A stretch of 57,648 nucleotides of DNA, taken from contig CAZLVX010000001.1 of the NCBI GenBank assembly GCA_964562965.1, positions 1 through 57,648 of the forward strand, in the 5' to 3' direction. Under the pieces are notes generated by a model. It made no database searches. It saw only the letters and a list, made by a program, of their open reading frames with translations, and was not told where the DNA came from. The translations under genes and the position numbers were made by a program. The stretch's first letter is position 1. The number at the start of each line of letters is the position of its first letter. Origin of the DNA: an uncultured Lishizhenia sp. Its GTDB lineage: Bacteria > Bacteroidota > Bacteroidia > Flavobacteriales_D > Crocinitomicaceae. Of the stretch, positions 8,778 to 17,508 are shown piece by piece.

Positions 8778-10561
8778 TCTAAATTCAGATCTTTAAGTCG
8801 TTTTCGATAACCCGTGAATAATTTTGATTTCGTAACAAAACCTTCATATATTTCCCCATCTAATACGGGTAATATCCACGCTTCTGTTTCATCAAAGGCA
8901 CGCATCACATCGCTCATTGAATCATTCAATTGAATGATTTCAAGTGGGTTTCTCATGAGGTCAACAACTTTTACCTTGTCGTACATCCCCACATTGAACA
9001 TGATTTCACGTATATCGTCTAAAAGTAATATTCCAATAAACTTACTATGTTCGTTTACCACAGGAAAAACATTGCGTTTGGAATGAGCCACTATTTGCAC
9101 CAACTCACGTAAATCAAGTGTTGGAGATAATTTCTCAAAATCACGCTCTACAAATTCGGATAATTTAATTCCAGTAAGTACATTTTGGTCCTTATCTGAG
9201 GTAAAAGCTTCCCCTTTTCTCGCCAATTTTTTTGAATCCATAGGAAATGGTTCAAAATACTTAGAAATTACGTAACTGATAGAAGAAACAAGCATTAATG
9301 GAATCATCAATCCATATCCTCCTGTTATTTCTGCAATCAAGAAAATTGCTGTGAGCGGTGCATGATATAACCCACTCAATATCCCCGCCATTCCAACCAT
9401 CATGAAATTGGTTTCGGGTAAGTCATCCCATTTGAATAGATTAACAAATTTTGCGACGAAAAATCCTAAATACGCTCCAATAAACAAGGATGGAGCAAAA
9501 TTACCTCCATTCCCACCACCTCCAATAGTTAAACCTGTAGCCAACGACTTCATAATAACCAAACAACCCACAAATAGCAGTATCATTATTTCATTGAATG
9601 GAAGATTGTTTAATAGGGAGTTGTCTAATAATTTTTCTGGTTGATTGTAAGCCAGAGTCTTAATACTCTCGTAACCTTCACCAAACAACGGCGGAAAAAT
9701 GGCAATTAACAGAATCAAGAAGAAAGATGCCATCCACCAACGAGTAAAATTTGACTTTATTTTGTTTGAAAATACACCTTCAATTTTTGTGAAAATCCTG
9801 CTGTGCACCACTGCCATAAATCCGGCCAAAATACCTAGAATTACATAAAACGGGACATTCCAAAAATTGAAAGATTCTGTGATCACAAAATTTAACAGAA
9901 TACTCTCATCCAAAATCATTTTAGAAACCAAAGCGCCTGAAGCCGAAGCAATTATCAGTAAAGTAAATGCTCCAATACCTATATCAACCAATAAAACTTC
10001 TAATGCAAATAACACTCCTGCAATAGGTGCATTGAACGCGGCAGCTATACCTGCAGCAATTCCACATGCCAATAATAGTGTGCGCTCTTTATAATTTAAC
10101 CCATAGGATTTTGCGAAATTCGACCCGAATGCAGCACCCGTAACCACAATTGGCGCCTCCAGACCTGTAGACCCACCAAAACCTACGGTTACGGAACTTG
10201 TAAAAAACTGATCAAACATATTTCTGCGCGGTAAAAAACTTGACCTCTTCGCCAAGGCATAATGAATTTGACCGAGGCCCTTTTGAATTTTATTGGCAAA
10301 AAAACGTTTAACTATAAACCACGATAAAAAAATACCAACTGCAGGTAATAAAAGATAAAAATACCTTACGTTACTCAATGAACTATGCGTCACATATTTG
10401 AATATGTAATGAGCAAAAGACTTTAAAGTTATGGCGACAATTCCGGCGCTTAATCCCACCAATACACTTGACAACATCATGAATTGCCGTTTCGACAATT
10501 TTGATTGCACACCAGAAATATATCCTTTCAAAAAGGCATCTATGCGTCTAATTAACAGCAT
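8774..10561 (-). CDS. ClC-family voltage-gated chloride channel with C-terminal CBS pair
   Basis: 595 aa, multi-TM, with GGSTGLEAP and GGNFAPSLFIGA selectivity-filter-like motifs and a soluble C-terminal CBS-like tail. An alternative downstream start (MMLSS...) is possible. Confidence 0.85.
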   Translation of the reverse strand: MLLIRRIDAFLKGYISGVQSKLSKRQFMMLSSVLVGLSAGIVAITLKSFAHYIFKYVTHSSLSNVRYFYLLLPAVGIFLSWFIVKRFFANKIQKGLGQIHYALAKRSSFLPRRNMFDQFFTSSVTVGFGGSTGLEAPIVVTGAAFGSNFAKSYGLNYKERTLLLACGIAAGIAAAFNAPIAGVLFALEVLLVDIGIGAFTLLIIASASGALVSKMILDESILLNFVITESFNFWNVPFYVILGILAGFMAVVHSRIFTKIEGVFSNKIKSNFTRWWMASFFLILLIAIFPPLFGEGYESIKTLAYNQPEKLLDNSLLNNLPFNEIMILLFVGCLVIMKSLATGLTIGGGGNGGNFAPSLFIGAYLGFFVAKFVNLFKWDDLPETNFMMVGMAGILSGLYHAPLTAIFLIAEITGGYGLMIPLMLVSSISYVISKYFEPFPMDSKKLARKGEAFTSDKDQNVLTGIKLSEFVERDFEKLSPTLDLRELVQIVAHSKRNVFPVVNEHSKFIGILLLDDIREIMFNVGMYDKVKVVDLMRNPLEIIQLNDSMSDVMRAFDETEAWILPVLDGEIYEGFVTKSKLFTGYRKRLKDLNLD

Positions 10562-10565
10562 GAAG

Positions 10566-10573
10566 CAAAGTTA
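10566..10573 (-). promoter_or_regulatory. -7 box TAACTTTG immediately upstream of the ClC start
   Basis: Minus-strand TAACTTTG sits 4 nt before the ATG at 10559-10561. This implies a very short leader or none, unless the true start is further downstream. Confidence 0.35.
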
Positions 10574-10626
10574 CTAGAATTAATGACCTCGTTTAAACAA
10601 AATCTACCAAACCTTGTTAAAAGAAC

Positions 10627-11925
10627 ATGGAAAAAGCGCTTTTTTGGCACCGTCGCGATTTGAGAATTCACGACAATTCAGGGCTTTTTAAAGCACTTTC
10701 AAGTGGTTATAAAATACAGCCCGTTTTTATTTTCGATACCTCAATTCTGGATAAACTTCCACGAAACGACAAACGGATAATCTTTATCCATAATGAACTT
10801 CAATACATTAAAAAGCAATACCAAAAATTCAAAAGCGACCTACTCATTTTAGTGGGTAACCCAACAGAAGTCATTCCTCAACTTATGGAAAAAGGCCAAT
10901 TTTCTGCGTTGTATACCAATAGAGATTATGAACCTTATGCTAAGCAACGCGATTCACTTATTTATAATCACTTAGCGAAGGTTAATAAACCTTTTATCGG
11001 AACTAAAGACCATGTAATTTTTGAAAAAGAAGAGGTAATGAAGGATGACGGGAGTCCCTATACTGTTTTCACTCCCTACGCCAAAAAATGGAAAAGTAAG
11101 TTAAGCGCAGAAGTTTTTGAATATGCCCCAAGTGAAAACCATTTGGATAATTTGTTGACCTGTGAGTCGCAACCATTGGTTTCGTTGGAAGAACTAGGTT
11201 TTAATGAAACTAACGAAGGTATATTTCCGCAAAAAGAAATCACTCAAGATCTAATTAAGAACTATGCACAGCTGCGCGATATTCCTTCAGAAAATGGCAC
11301 CTCACGTTTAAGTGTTCATTTACGTTTTGGAACAATAAGTATCCGTGAATTGGCAAAAAAAGCCATACAAACTAGTGACACGTATCTCAATGAATTGATT
11401 TGGCGAGATTTTTATCAAATGATTATTTACCACTTTCCAACATCAGTAACCACTGCCTTTAAACCCAAATACGATTTAGTAGAATGGGAGAATAATGAAA
11501 TTCACTTCCATGCTTGGTGTGAAGGAAAAACAGGTTATCCTTTGGTTGATGCAGGGATGCGCGAACTGAATGAAACAGGATTCATGCATAACCGAGTCCG
11601 CATGGTGGTCGCAAGTTTTTTAACAAAACACCTACTGATAGATTGGCGTTGGGGGGAAGCTTACTTTGCAGAGAAACTGTTGGACTTTGAATTAGCAAGT
11701 AATGTTGGTGGATGGCAATGGGCGGCGAGCTCATGATGTGATGCTGCTCCTTATTTCAGGGTGTTCAATCCGTATTCACAGCAAGAAAAGTTTGATAAAT
11801 CATTGAAATATATCAAAAAATGGGTACCAGAATATGGAACTGACGATTATCCTGAACCAATAGTTGATCATACATTTGCACGAAACCGCGTGCTTGATCG
11901 TTACAAAAAAGCATTAACCACTTAA
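10627..11925 (+). pseudogene. phrB: deoxyribodipyrimidine photolyase (cryptochrome/photolyase family) interrupted by one in-frame TGA
   Basis: Frame from ATG 10627 reads ...NVGGWQWAASS, then TGA at 11734-11736, then continues in the same frame as CDAAPYFRVFNPYSQQEKFD...KKALTT to TAA at 11923-11925. The N-terminus FWHRRDLRIHDN is typical of the family. Confidence 0.85.
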
Positions 11926-11934
11926 AATAATCGC

Positions 11935-12390
11935 ATGCAAATCGGAGATAATTGTCCAACTTTTCAACTTATAGATCAAAATGGACGCACCATACTTTCT
12001 GATGATTTCAAAGGAAAGAAAACAGTTATTTATTTTTATCCGAAGGACGACACTCCCGGTTGTACAAAAGAAGCCTGCGCATTCAGAGATAGTTACGAAG
12101 ATTTCTTGGAATATGATTGTCAGGTAATTGGGATTTCTTCAGACACTGAAGAAAAACACTTACAATTTGCTCAAAAACATCGACTTCCCTTTACCCTTCT
12201 CGCAGATTCCGATGGTAAGATTAGAAAATTATTTAATGTCCCTTCTTCGTTATTTGGATTGTTACCTGGACGTGTTACTTACATTTTTGATGAAAATTCA
12301 ACATTGATCGGTGTCTTCAACTCTCAATTGAATCCATTGGGTCATGTAAAAGAAGCACTTAAAATGGTAAAGGCTACACAAAAAAAATAA
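11935..12390 (+). CDS. bcp: thioredoxin-dependent peroxiredoxin (Bcp/PrxQ)
   Basis: 151 aa with FYPKDDTPGCTKEACAFRD, the peroxidatic and resolving Cys motif. Confidence 0.9.
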   Translation: MQIGDNCPTFQLIDQNGRTILSDDFKGKKTVIYFYPKDDTPGCTKEACAFRDSYEDFLEYDCQVIGISSDTEEKHLQFAQKHRLPFTLLADSDGKIRKLFNVPSSLFGLLPGRVTYIFDENSTLIGVFNSQLNPLGHVKEALKMVKATQKK

Positions 12391-12415
12391 TGAGTACCTT
12401 CGTCTATCATTAGAC

Positions 12416-13312
12416 ATGTCTGAAATTCTTTCGGTACTTCATTTAGATAAAAAGTTTAGGCGCATTCATGCCGTGAAAGACATTTCCTTTTCAGTCCAAA
12501 AAGGCAATGTATATGGAATTCTCGGTCCAAATGGCAGTGGAAAATCAACGACGTTAGGATTATTACTTGGAACAATAAATCCGAGTGGCGGAAAATGGGC
12601 GTGGTTCAATAAGTCAGGAACAAGCGCTGAAACTTTGTTTCGAATCGGTGCTATTATCGAGCAACCAAATTTTTACAGTTATTTATCTGCCGAACAAAAT
12701 CTTAAAATTGTAGCGAACATAAAAAAAATAGGATACGATCAAATAGATGAAAAACTTGCCTTAGTGGGATTGTTAGCTAGAAAAAAAGATCGATTTTCGA
12801 CATTTTCGCTTGGCATGAAACAACGCCTCGCGATTGCATCAGCGATGTTAGCGAATCCTGAAGTTTTAATTCTAGATGAACCAACGAACGGACTTGACCC
12901 TGAAGGAATTATTCAAATCAGGGAACTCATAAAAAAAATCGCACAAACGGGAACTACCATACTTCTTGCAAGCCATCTATTGGATGAAGTAGAAAAAGTA
13001 TGTTCACACGTAATCATTCTTAAGGAAGGAAAATCCTTGTTCTGTGGTCGCGTTGAAGAGTTGCTTTCTCCTTTTGGAGTGCTAGAAATAGGCGCGCATG
13101 ATCTTACCGAGTTAAGCTCTTATTTCGTTGAATTCCCTTCTTTTGGAAATTACAAACAAATGGGCAATACCTTTGAAATCGAATTAAAAGAGGCCATAGA
13201 TCCAGCCGCTGTAAACTCATTTTTTATGAGAAAAGGTGTCGTTTTAACGCATTTATTGAAACGAAATCAAAAACTTGAACAACAATTCATTGATCTAACA
13301 AGACATGGGTAA
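12416..13312 (+). CDS. ABC transporter ATP-binding protein
   Basis: 298 aa with Walker A GPNGSGKST, signature LSLGMKQRL and Walker B LILDEPTNGLD. Confidence 0.9.
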   Translation: MSEILSVLHLDKKFRRIHAVKDISFSVQKGNVYGILGPNGSGKSTTLGLLLGTINPSGGKWAWFNKSGTSAETLFRIGAIIEQPNFYSYLSAEQNLKIVANIKKIGYDQIDEKLALVGLLARKKDRFSTFSLGMKQRLAIASAMLANPEVLILDEPTNGLDPEGIIQIRELIKKIAQTGTTILLASHLLDEVEKVCSHVIILKEGKSLFCGRVEELLSPFGVLEIGAHDLTELSSYFVEFPSFGNYKQMGNTFEIELKEAIDPAAVNSFFMRKGVVLTHLLKRNQKLEQQFIDLTRHG

Positions 13313-14135
13313 TTTTTTTCGATTGGTATACATAGAGTGGTTAAAGAACTCATCCTACAAACCCGTTATCGTTTTTGGTATTATCTACTTCGTTATATTA
13401 ATAGCCTTTGGGCTTATCTGTGCGCAAAGTATCCCTTTTTTCGGAATTGAAGTTGATTTAGTAGATCAAGGATTTTTGGAATTTCCACAGCTATGGAACT
13501 TTATGTTTTACATGGCTGGATTGAATAAGATTTTTTTAGGAATGATCATAATGTTTACAGTCACAAATGAATTTACGGAAAAACTTTTCAAACAAAATCT
13601 CATTGATGGCCTGTCAAAACGTGAATACTTATTATCAAAAGTCTATACCATTCTTATTTTAAGTTTGATATCAACACTCGTAGTGTATTTCACTGGTCTT
13701 TGGCTCGGGTATACTTATTCCACGGTGACTGACTCAGAATCGGTTAACAAAGAAATTTACTTTGCTTTCGGTTATTTTCTTAAACTCATTAATTTTTTAT
13801 TGTTCTTTTTACTCTTGAGTATTTTACTAAAACGCATTGTACTCGTCCTGTTAAGTTTTTTCGCGTTATATGTGTTCGAAGTGATCTGCAGGGTAATAGA
13901 ATTCAAGTTTTTTTCACCTAAAATTAATGATGTAAAACTTTACAACGATTATTTCCCTTTGGCCAATATGCACAGATTAGTAGATTACCCATTCGAACGT
14001 ATAAAGACGATTAGTCAACTAACCCAATCGGATTATGTATTCGCAATACCATGGGCTCATGTAGGGCTATCGGTAATTTACTCGTTTATTTTTCTTTTCT
14101 TAACTTATATTCTTCTATTGAAAAAAGATTGGTAA
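13305..14135 (+). CDS. ABC-2 type transporter permease (multi-TM)
   Basis: 276-aa hydrophobic ORF that overlaps the ATPase gene stop by 8 nt. Substrate unknown. Confidence 0.7.
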   Translation: MGNFFRLVYIEWLKNSSYKPVIVFGIIYFVILIAFGLICAQSIPFFGIEVDLVDQGFLEFPQLWNFMFYMAGLNKIFLGMIIMFTVTNEFTEKLFKQNLIDGLSKREYLLSKVYTILILSLISTLVVYFTGLWLGYTYSTVTDSESVNKEIYFAFGYFLKLINFLLFFLLLSILLKRIVLVLLSFFALYVFEVICRVIEFKFFSPKINDVKLYNDYFPLANMHRLVDYPFERIKTISQLTQSDYVFAIPWAHVGLSVIYSFIFLFLTYILLLKKDW

Positions 14136-14137
14136 AT

Positions 14138-14165
14138 AAAAAAGGCCACCAAAGGTGACCTTAAC
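14138..14165. terminator. bidirectional intrinsic terminator between the ABC permease and yceI-like genes
   Basis: AAGGCCACC (14142-14150) and GGTGACCTT (14154-14162) pair with one mismatch across a 3-nt loop, flanked by an A-run. Confidence 0.55.
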
Positions 14166-14184
14166 TATACGCTTAATTTAAAAA

Positions 14185-14712
14185 CTAACTTTTGATAAAT
14201 TGCAATTCGGCAGTTACATGAATATCATCGCCAACAACAACCTTCCCTGCTTCTGTTACTGCACTCCATGTCAATCCAAATTCGCTTCTCTTGATTTTCC
14301 CTTCTACAGTTAATCCCGCTTTAGTTTGCCCATAAGGATCTTGAACGATTCCGGCATATTCCGCGTTTAACACAACAGGCAATGTCTTTCCTTTAATCGT
14401 CATGTTGCCATGAATTGCAAATTTATCTTCTGCGATTTTCTCAACAGAATTGGAAGTAAAATCTAAAGTTGGGTAATTAGCCGCATCAAAAAAGTCAGCT
14501 GAAATTAAATGCCCATCTCTATCTGAAACACCCGTTTGAATGCTATCAACTTTAGCCGAAAAAGAAAATGAGGGAGAAGTAAATTCTTCATCTTCCGTTT
14601 CTACGGTCGCCGAAAAGTTAGCAAATGATCCGCGAACGTTAGAAATCATCATGTGACGCACCTTAAAACCGATTTCACTGTGCATGTTGTCAATATTCCA
14701 TTTTGTTGTCAT
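14185..14712 (-). CDS. YceI family (polyisoprenoid-binding) protein
   Basis: ORF 14185..14766. The start is set at MTTKWNIDNMHSEIGFKVRHMMISNVRGSF (typical YceI N-terminus) because a -7 box lies inside the longer extension. Confidence 0.85.
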   Translation of the reverse strand: MTTKWNIDNMHSEIGFKVRHMMISNVRGSFANFSATVETEDEEFTSPSFSFSAKVDSIQTGVSDRDGHLISADFFDAANYPTLDFTSNSVEKIAEDKFAIHGNMTIKGKTLPVVLNAEYAGIVQDPYGQTKAGLTVEGKIKRSEFGLTWSAVTEAGKVVVGDDIHVTAELQFIKS

Positions 14713-14728
14713 AATTTGTTTTTTTTTA

Positions 14729-14736
14729 CAAAAGTA
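14729..14736 (-). promoter_or_regulatory. -7 box TACTTTTG upstream of the yceI-like gene
   Basis: Minus-strand TACTTTTG, 16 nt before the ATG at 14712. Confidence 0.4.
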
Positions 14737-14798
14737 AAGCTCATTATTATTGCTATAGCTTGACATAGGTTAAGAACCACAAAAAGGAATTTTCATCG

Positions 14799-14806
14799 TA
14801 TCTTTG
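14799..14806 (+). promoter_or_regulatory. -7 box TATCTTTG abutting the OMP gene start
   Basis: TATCTTTG followed by only 3 nt before the ATG at 14810. Confidence 0.35.
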
Positions 14807-14809
14807 GAT

Positions 14810-15550
14810 ATGCAAAAAAATATTCTGTTGTTTTTATTCCTTTTGAGTTCAGTTTGCTACGCACAGATTGTTGAACTAAACAGCATATCTAAAAAAAAAG
14901 AAGGATTAAAAGACACCTCCGTTGAAGTGTTTTATGAAGCCACAAGTTACCTCGTTGAAAGAGACCTTTCACTGAATCCTTTTTACACTAACACTGAACT
15001 TGGCGAAAAAATAAACGAAACATCTAGAAGGTTATTTTCCCATCAACTCGGAATTCGAGTTCCAATTACAAAGATAGTATCAGTAGACGCCGGAATCAGT
15101 TGGATTCAAAATGGTGAAAACTATTCATTTGAAGATCAACAATCAGATAGTTCGTTTAGTTACACCACTTGCTACCGTTATTTTGGTTTACCTGTAAATA
15201 TTATGGCCTCTGTTCCTTTAAATCCAAAAAATGAAGCAACACTTATCAGCATATTCATTCGTGGAGGCGGAATTCCTCATTTATATCAATCTTTTTTGCA
15301 AAAAACAGAGTGGACAACCACACTAGGATCGAAAGAATCGGAAAAAATAAAATCCTTGGATAATCCGAGTTCATTCATGTTTAGTGGACATATTTCAAGT
15401 GGTCTCGATTTATTGTCAAAAACAAAATGGGGATTACGAATTGCCGTTCATTATCGGTATTCTCTAACAAATACATTTACAAAATATGGCGATTACATAC
15501 ACAAGCCATATGGACTAGGTTACAGCATGTCGTTAACAAAAAAATTATAG
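14810..15550 (+). CDS. putative outer-membrane beta-barrel protein (signal peptide)
   Basis: MQKNILLFLFLLSSVCYAQ signal peptide, alternating hydrophobic/aromatic strands, and a C-terminal ...YSMSLTKKL. The track's 14804 start is a TTG, so the ATG at 14810 is preferred. Confidence 0.6.
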   Translation: MQKNILLFLFLLSSVCYAQIVELNSISKKKEGLKDTSVEVFYEATSYLVERDLSLNPFYTNTELGEKINETSRRLFSHQLGIRVPITKIVSVDAGISWIQNGENYSFEDQQSDSSFSYTTCYRYFGLPVNIMASVPLNPKNEATLISIFIRGGGIPHLYQSFLQKTEWTTTLGSKESEKIKSLDNPSSFMFSGHISSGLDLLSKTKWGLRIAVHYRYSLTNTFTKYGDYIHKPYGLGYSMSLTKKL

Positions 15551-15552
15551 CC

Positions 15553-16647
15553 ATGAAAGTCGCAGATTTATGTGAATTTTTGGAATCCTCCTTTCCGCTT
15601 TCTCTTCAAGAAGAATATGACAATTCCGGTTTACTTGTCGGAGATAGAGATATGAACATAAATAATGTGCTAATTTCTTTAGACCTTACCGAAGAAATAG
15701 TTCAGGAGGCGGTTCAGAAAAATTGCAACGTCATTGTGTCGCATCATCCGATAATTTTTAGAGGTATTAAAAATTTAGCACAATCGAACTTAGTGAATCG
15801 GGTTCTTATTGCGTGTATTCGTCAACACATTGCAATTTATGCTATACATACCAATCTCGATAATCATTTTCAAGGAGTAAATGCAAAAATTTCTGAAAAA
15901 TTAAATCTCAAGAATACTAAAATTCTAGCTCCCAAGTCTGATCTTCTTGAAAAGCTTGTGGTTTATTTGCCTGAAGATGCGCTGACTAAAATCGACAATG
16001 CTATTTTTGAAAATGGTGGTGGAAGAATTGGAAATTATTCGGCATGTCATTTTAGAAGTAAGGGTGTTGGAACCTTTATGCCAAATGAAGAAGCGAAACC
16101 TACAATTGGTGAAGCACTAGTGCGTGAAGAGGTAGACGAATACAGAGTTGAATATCTTGTTCCTACATCTGTAAAATCATCTGTTTCGAAAGCACTTTTT
16201 GCCGCGCATCCATACGAAGAAGTTGCTCACGAATGGATTAAAATACAAAATACTAATCAAGAAATTGGCTCTGGAATGATAGGTGAACTCGATGCTGATA
16301 TTAACGTTAGTGAATTTCTACAATACTTAAAAAAGACGTTCAATTGTGGAGCAATTAAATATACCAAACCACATAAAGCTACCATTAAAAAAGTAGCGGT
16401 TTGTGGAGGATCTGGTAGTTTTCTTCTTTCTAAAGCTATTCAAGCAGGGGCAGATATTTTTATTAGTTCTGACTTTAAATACCACGATTTTTTCGAGGCA
16501 GATAACAAGATTATTATTGCCGATATTGGTCATTTTGAAAGCGAACAATTTACAGGTGAATTAATTGCTGAAAAACTAAAAGAAAAATTTAGTACCTTTG
16601 CCATCCAATTAACTGAAATTAATACGAATCCAATAAATTATCTATAG
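15553..16647 (+). CDS. Nif3-like dinuclear metal centre protein (YbgI/YqfO family)
   Basis: Start set at MKVADLCEFLESSFPLSLQEEYDNSGLLVG...VSHHPIIF...IHTNLD. The track's upstream extension overlaps the preceding gene. Confidence 0.9.
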   Translation: MKVADLCEFLESSFPLSLQEEYDNSGLLVGDRDMNINNVLISLDLTEEIVQEAVQKNCNVIVSHHPIIFRGIKNLAQSNLVNRVLIACIRQHIAIYAIHTNLDNHFQGVNAKISEKLNLKNTKILAPKSDLLEKLVVYLPEDALTKIDNAIFENGGGRIGNYSACHFRSKGVGTFMPNEEAKPTIGEALVREEVDEYRVEYLVPTSVKSSVSKALFAAHPYEEVAHEWIKIQNTNQEIGSGMIGELDADINVSEFLQYLKKTFNCGAIKYTKPHKATIKKVAVCGGSGSFLLSKAIQAGADIFISSDFKYHDFFEADNKIIIADIGHFESEQFTGELIAEKLKEKFSTFAIQLTEINTNPINYL

Positions 16648-16650
16648 TCA

Positions 16651-17445
16651 ATGGCAGCAACTGCAACAAAAAAAGAGACTACGGTAGCGGACAAATTAGA
16701 CGCCCTTTTTAATCTTCAAAAAATTGATTCTGAAATAGATAGAATCAGAACTATACGTGGAGAATTACCTTTAGAAGTTCAAGATTTAGAAGACGAAGTA
16801 AGTGGCTTAACTACGCGTATCGGAAAAATCAATGATGAAATTAATGAATTAGAAACTGAAGTAAACGATAGAAAAATTGCTTCTAAAGATTCTGAAACGG
16901 CCATTGCAAAATATAAAGAGCAACAAAATAACGTGCGTAATAATCGTGAATTTGAATCTCTAGCAAAAGAAATAGAATTTCAAGAACTAGAAATTAAGTT
17001 ACACGAGAAAAAAAGCAAGGAAGCCAAGTTTAAAATTGAGAACAAACAAGAAGTTCTTAACGAAGCACAAGAAAAACTTGCTTCGAAGCAAGCTGATTTA
17101 GATGGAAAGAAAGCTGAATTGGATGCAATTATTAGCGAAACTCAAAAAGAAGAGGAGCAATTCCAAAAAGAATCTGATGCTGCAAAAAAGAACATTGAGG
17201 ACAGATTAATCAGTGCGTATGAGCGTTTGAGAGATAATGCTAAAAATGGACTTGCTGTCGTACAGGTTATGCGTGGGTCTTGCGGAGGATGCTTCAATAA
17301 AATTCCACCTCAACGCCAACTTGATATTGTAACTAAAAAGAAAATTATAGTTTGCGAACACTGTGGTAGAATTTTAGTTCCATTCGACGGAATCGAGGAA
17401 GTGAAAGAAGTTAAGACAGGAAGAAAAAAAGCATCTTCTAGATAG
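16651..17445 (+). CDS. coiled-coil protein with C-terminal C4 zinc ribbon (DUF164-like Nif3 partner)
   Basis: 264 aa with long Glu/Lys-rich coiled coils, then CGGCFNKIPPQ...CEHCGRIL. Conserved neighbour of Nif3 genes. Confidence 0.8.
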   Translation: MAATATKKETTVADKLDALFNLQKIDSEIDRIRTIRGELPLEVQDLEDEVSGLTTRIGKINDEINELETEVNDRKIASKDSETAIAKYKEQQNNVRNNREFESLAKEIEFQELEIKLHEKKSKEAKFKIENKQEVLNEAQEKLASKQADLDGKKAELDAIISETQKEEEQFQKESDAAKKNIEDRLISAYERLRDNAKNGLAVVQVMRGSCGGCFNKIPPQRQLDIVTKKKIIVCEHCGRILVPFDGIEEVKEVKTGRKKASSR

Positions 17446-17462
17446 ACTTAAATAATTGAAAT

Positions 17463-17495
17463 AAAAAAAGACTGCGTAAAGCAGTCTTTTTTTTT
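17463..17495. terminator. strong bidirectional intrinsic terminator
   Basis: AAAGACTGC (17467-17475) pairs perfectly with GCAGTCTTT (17481-17489) across a 5-nt loop. A7 upstream and T-run downstream, between convergent genes. Confidence 0.85.
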
Positions 17496-17508
17496 GCCTT
17501 ACATTACT

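Noticed and set aside
11734-11736. In-frame TGA at a Gly position in the photolyase as evidence for genetic code 25 (TGA=Gly), or for selenocysteine.
   Set aside because: TGA clearly terminates other well-supported genes of normal length here, usually in ATGA overlaps with the next start: feoA/feoB (23898-23901), murC/ftsQ (41862-41865), murG/murC (43244-47) and ftsW/murG (44344-47). I see no convincing SECIS-like hairpin immediately downstream. The aligned residue in homologues is Gly, not Cys.
12416-14135. ABC ATPase plus ABC-2 permease pair as the gliding-motility GldA/GldF transporter.
   Set aside because: Only generic ABC motifs are visible. No gldG-like gene follows, and the N-terminal sequence does not resemble GldA as I recall it. 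Left as a generic ABC-2 exporter.
15427-15552. N-terminal extension of the Nif3 ORF overlapping the preceding OMP gene.
   Set aside because: The extension is read-through of an open frame. The canonical Nif3 N-terminus begins at the ATG at 15553, 3 nt after the OMP stop.
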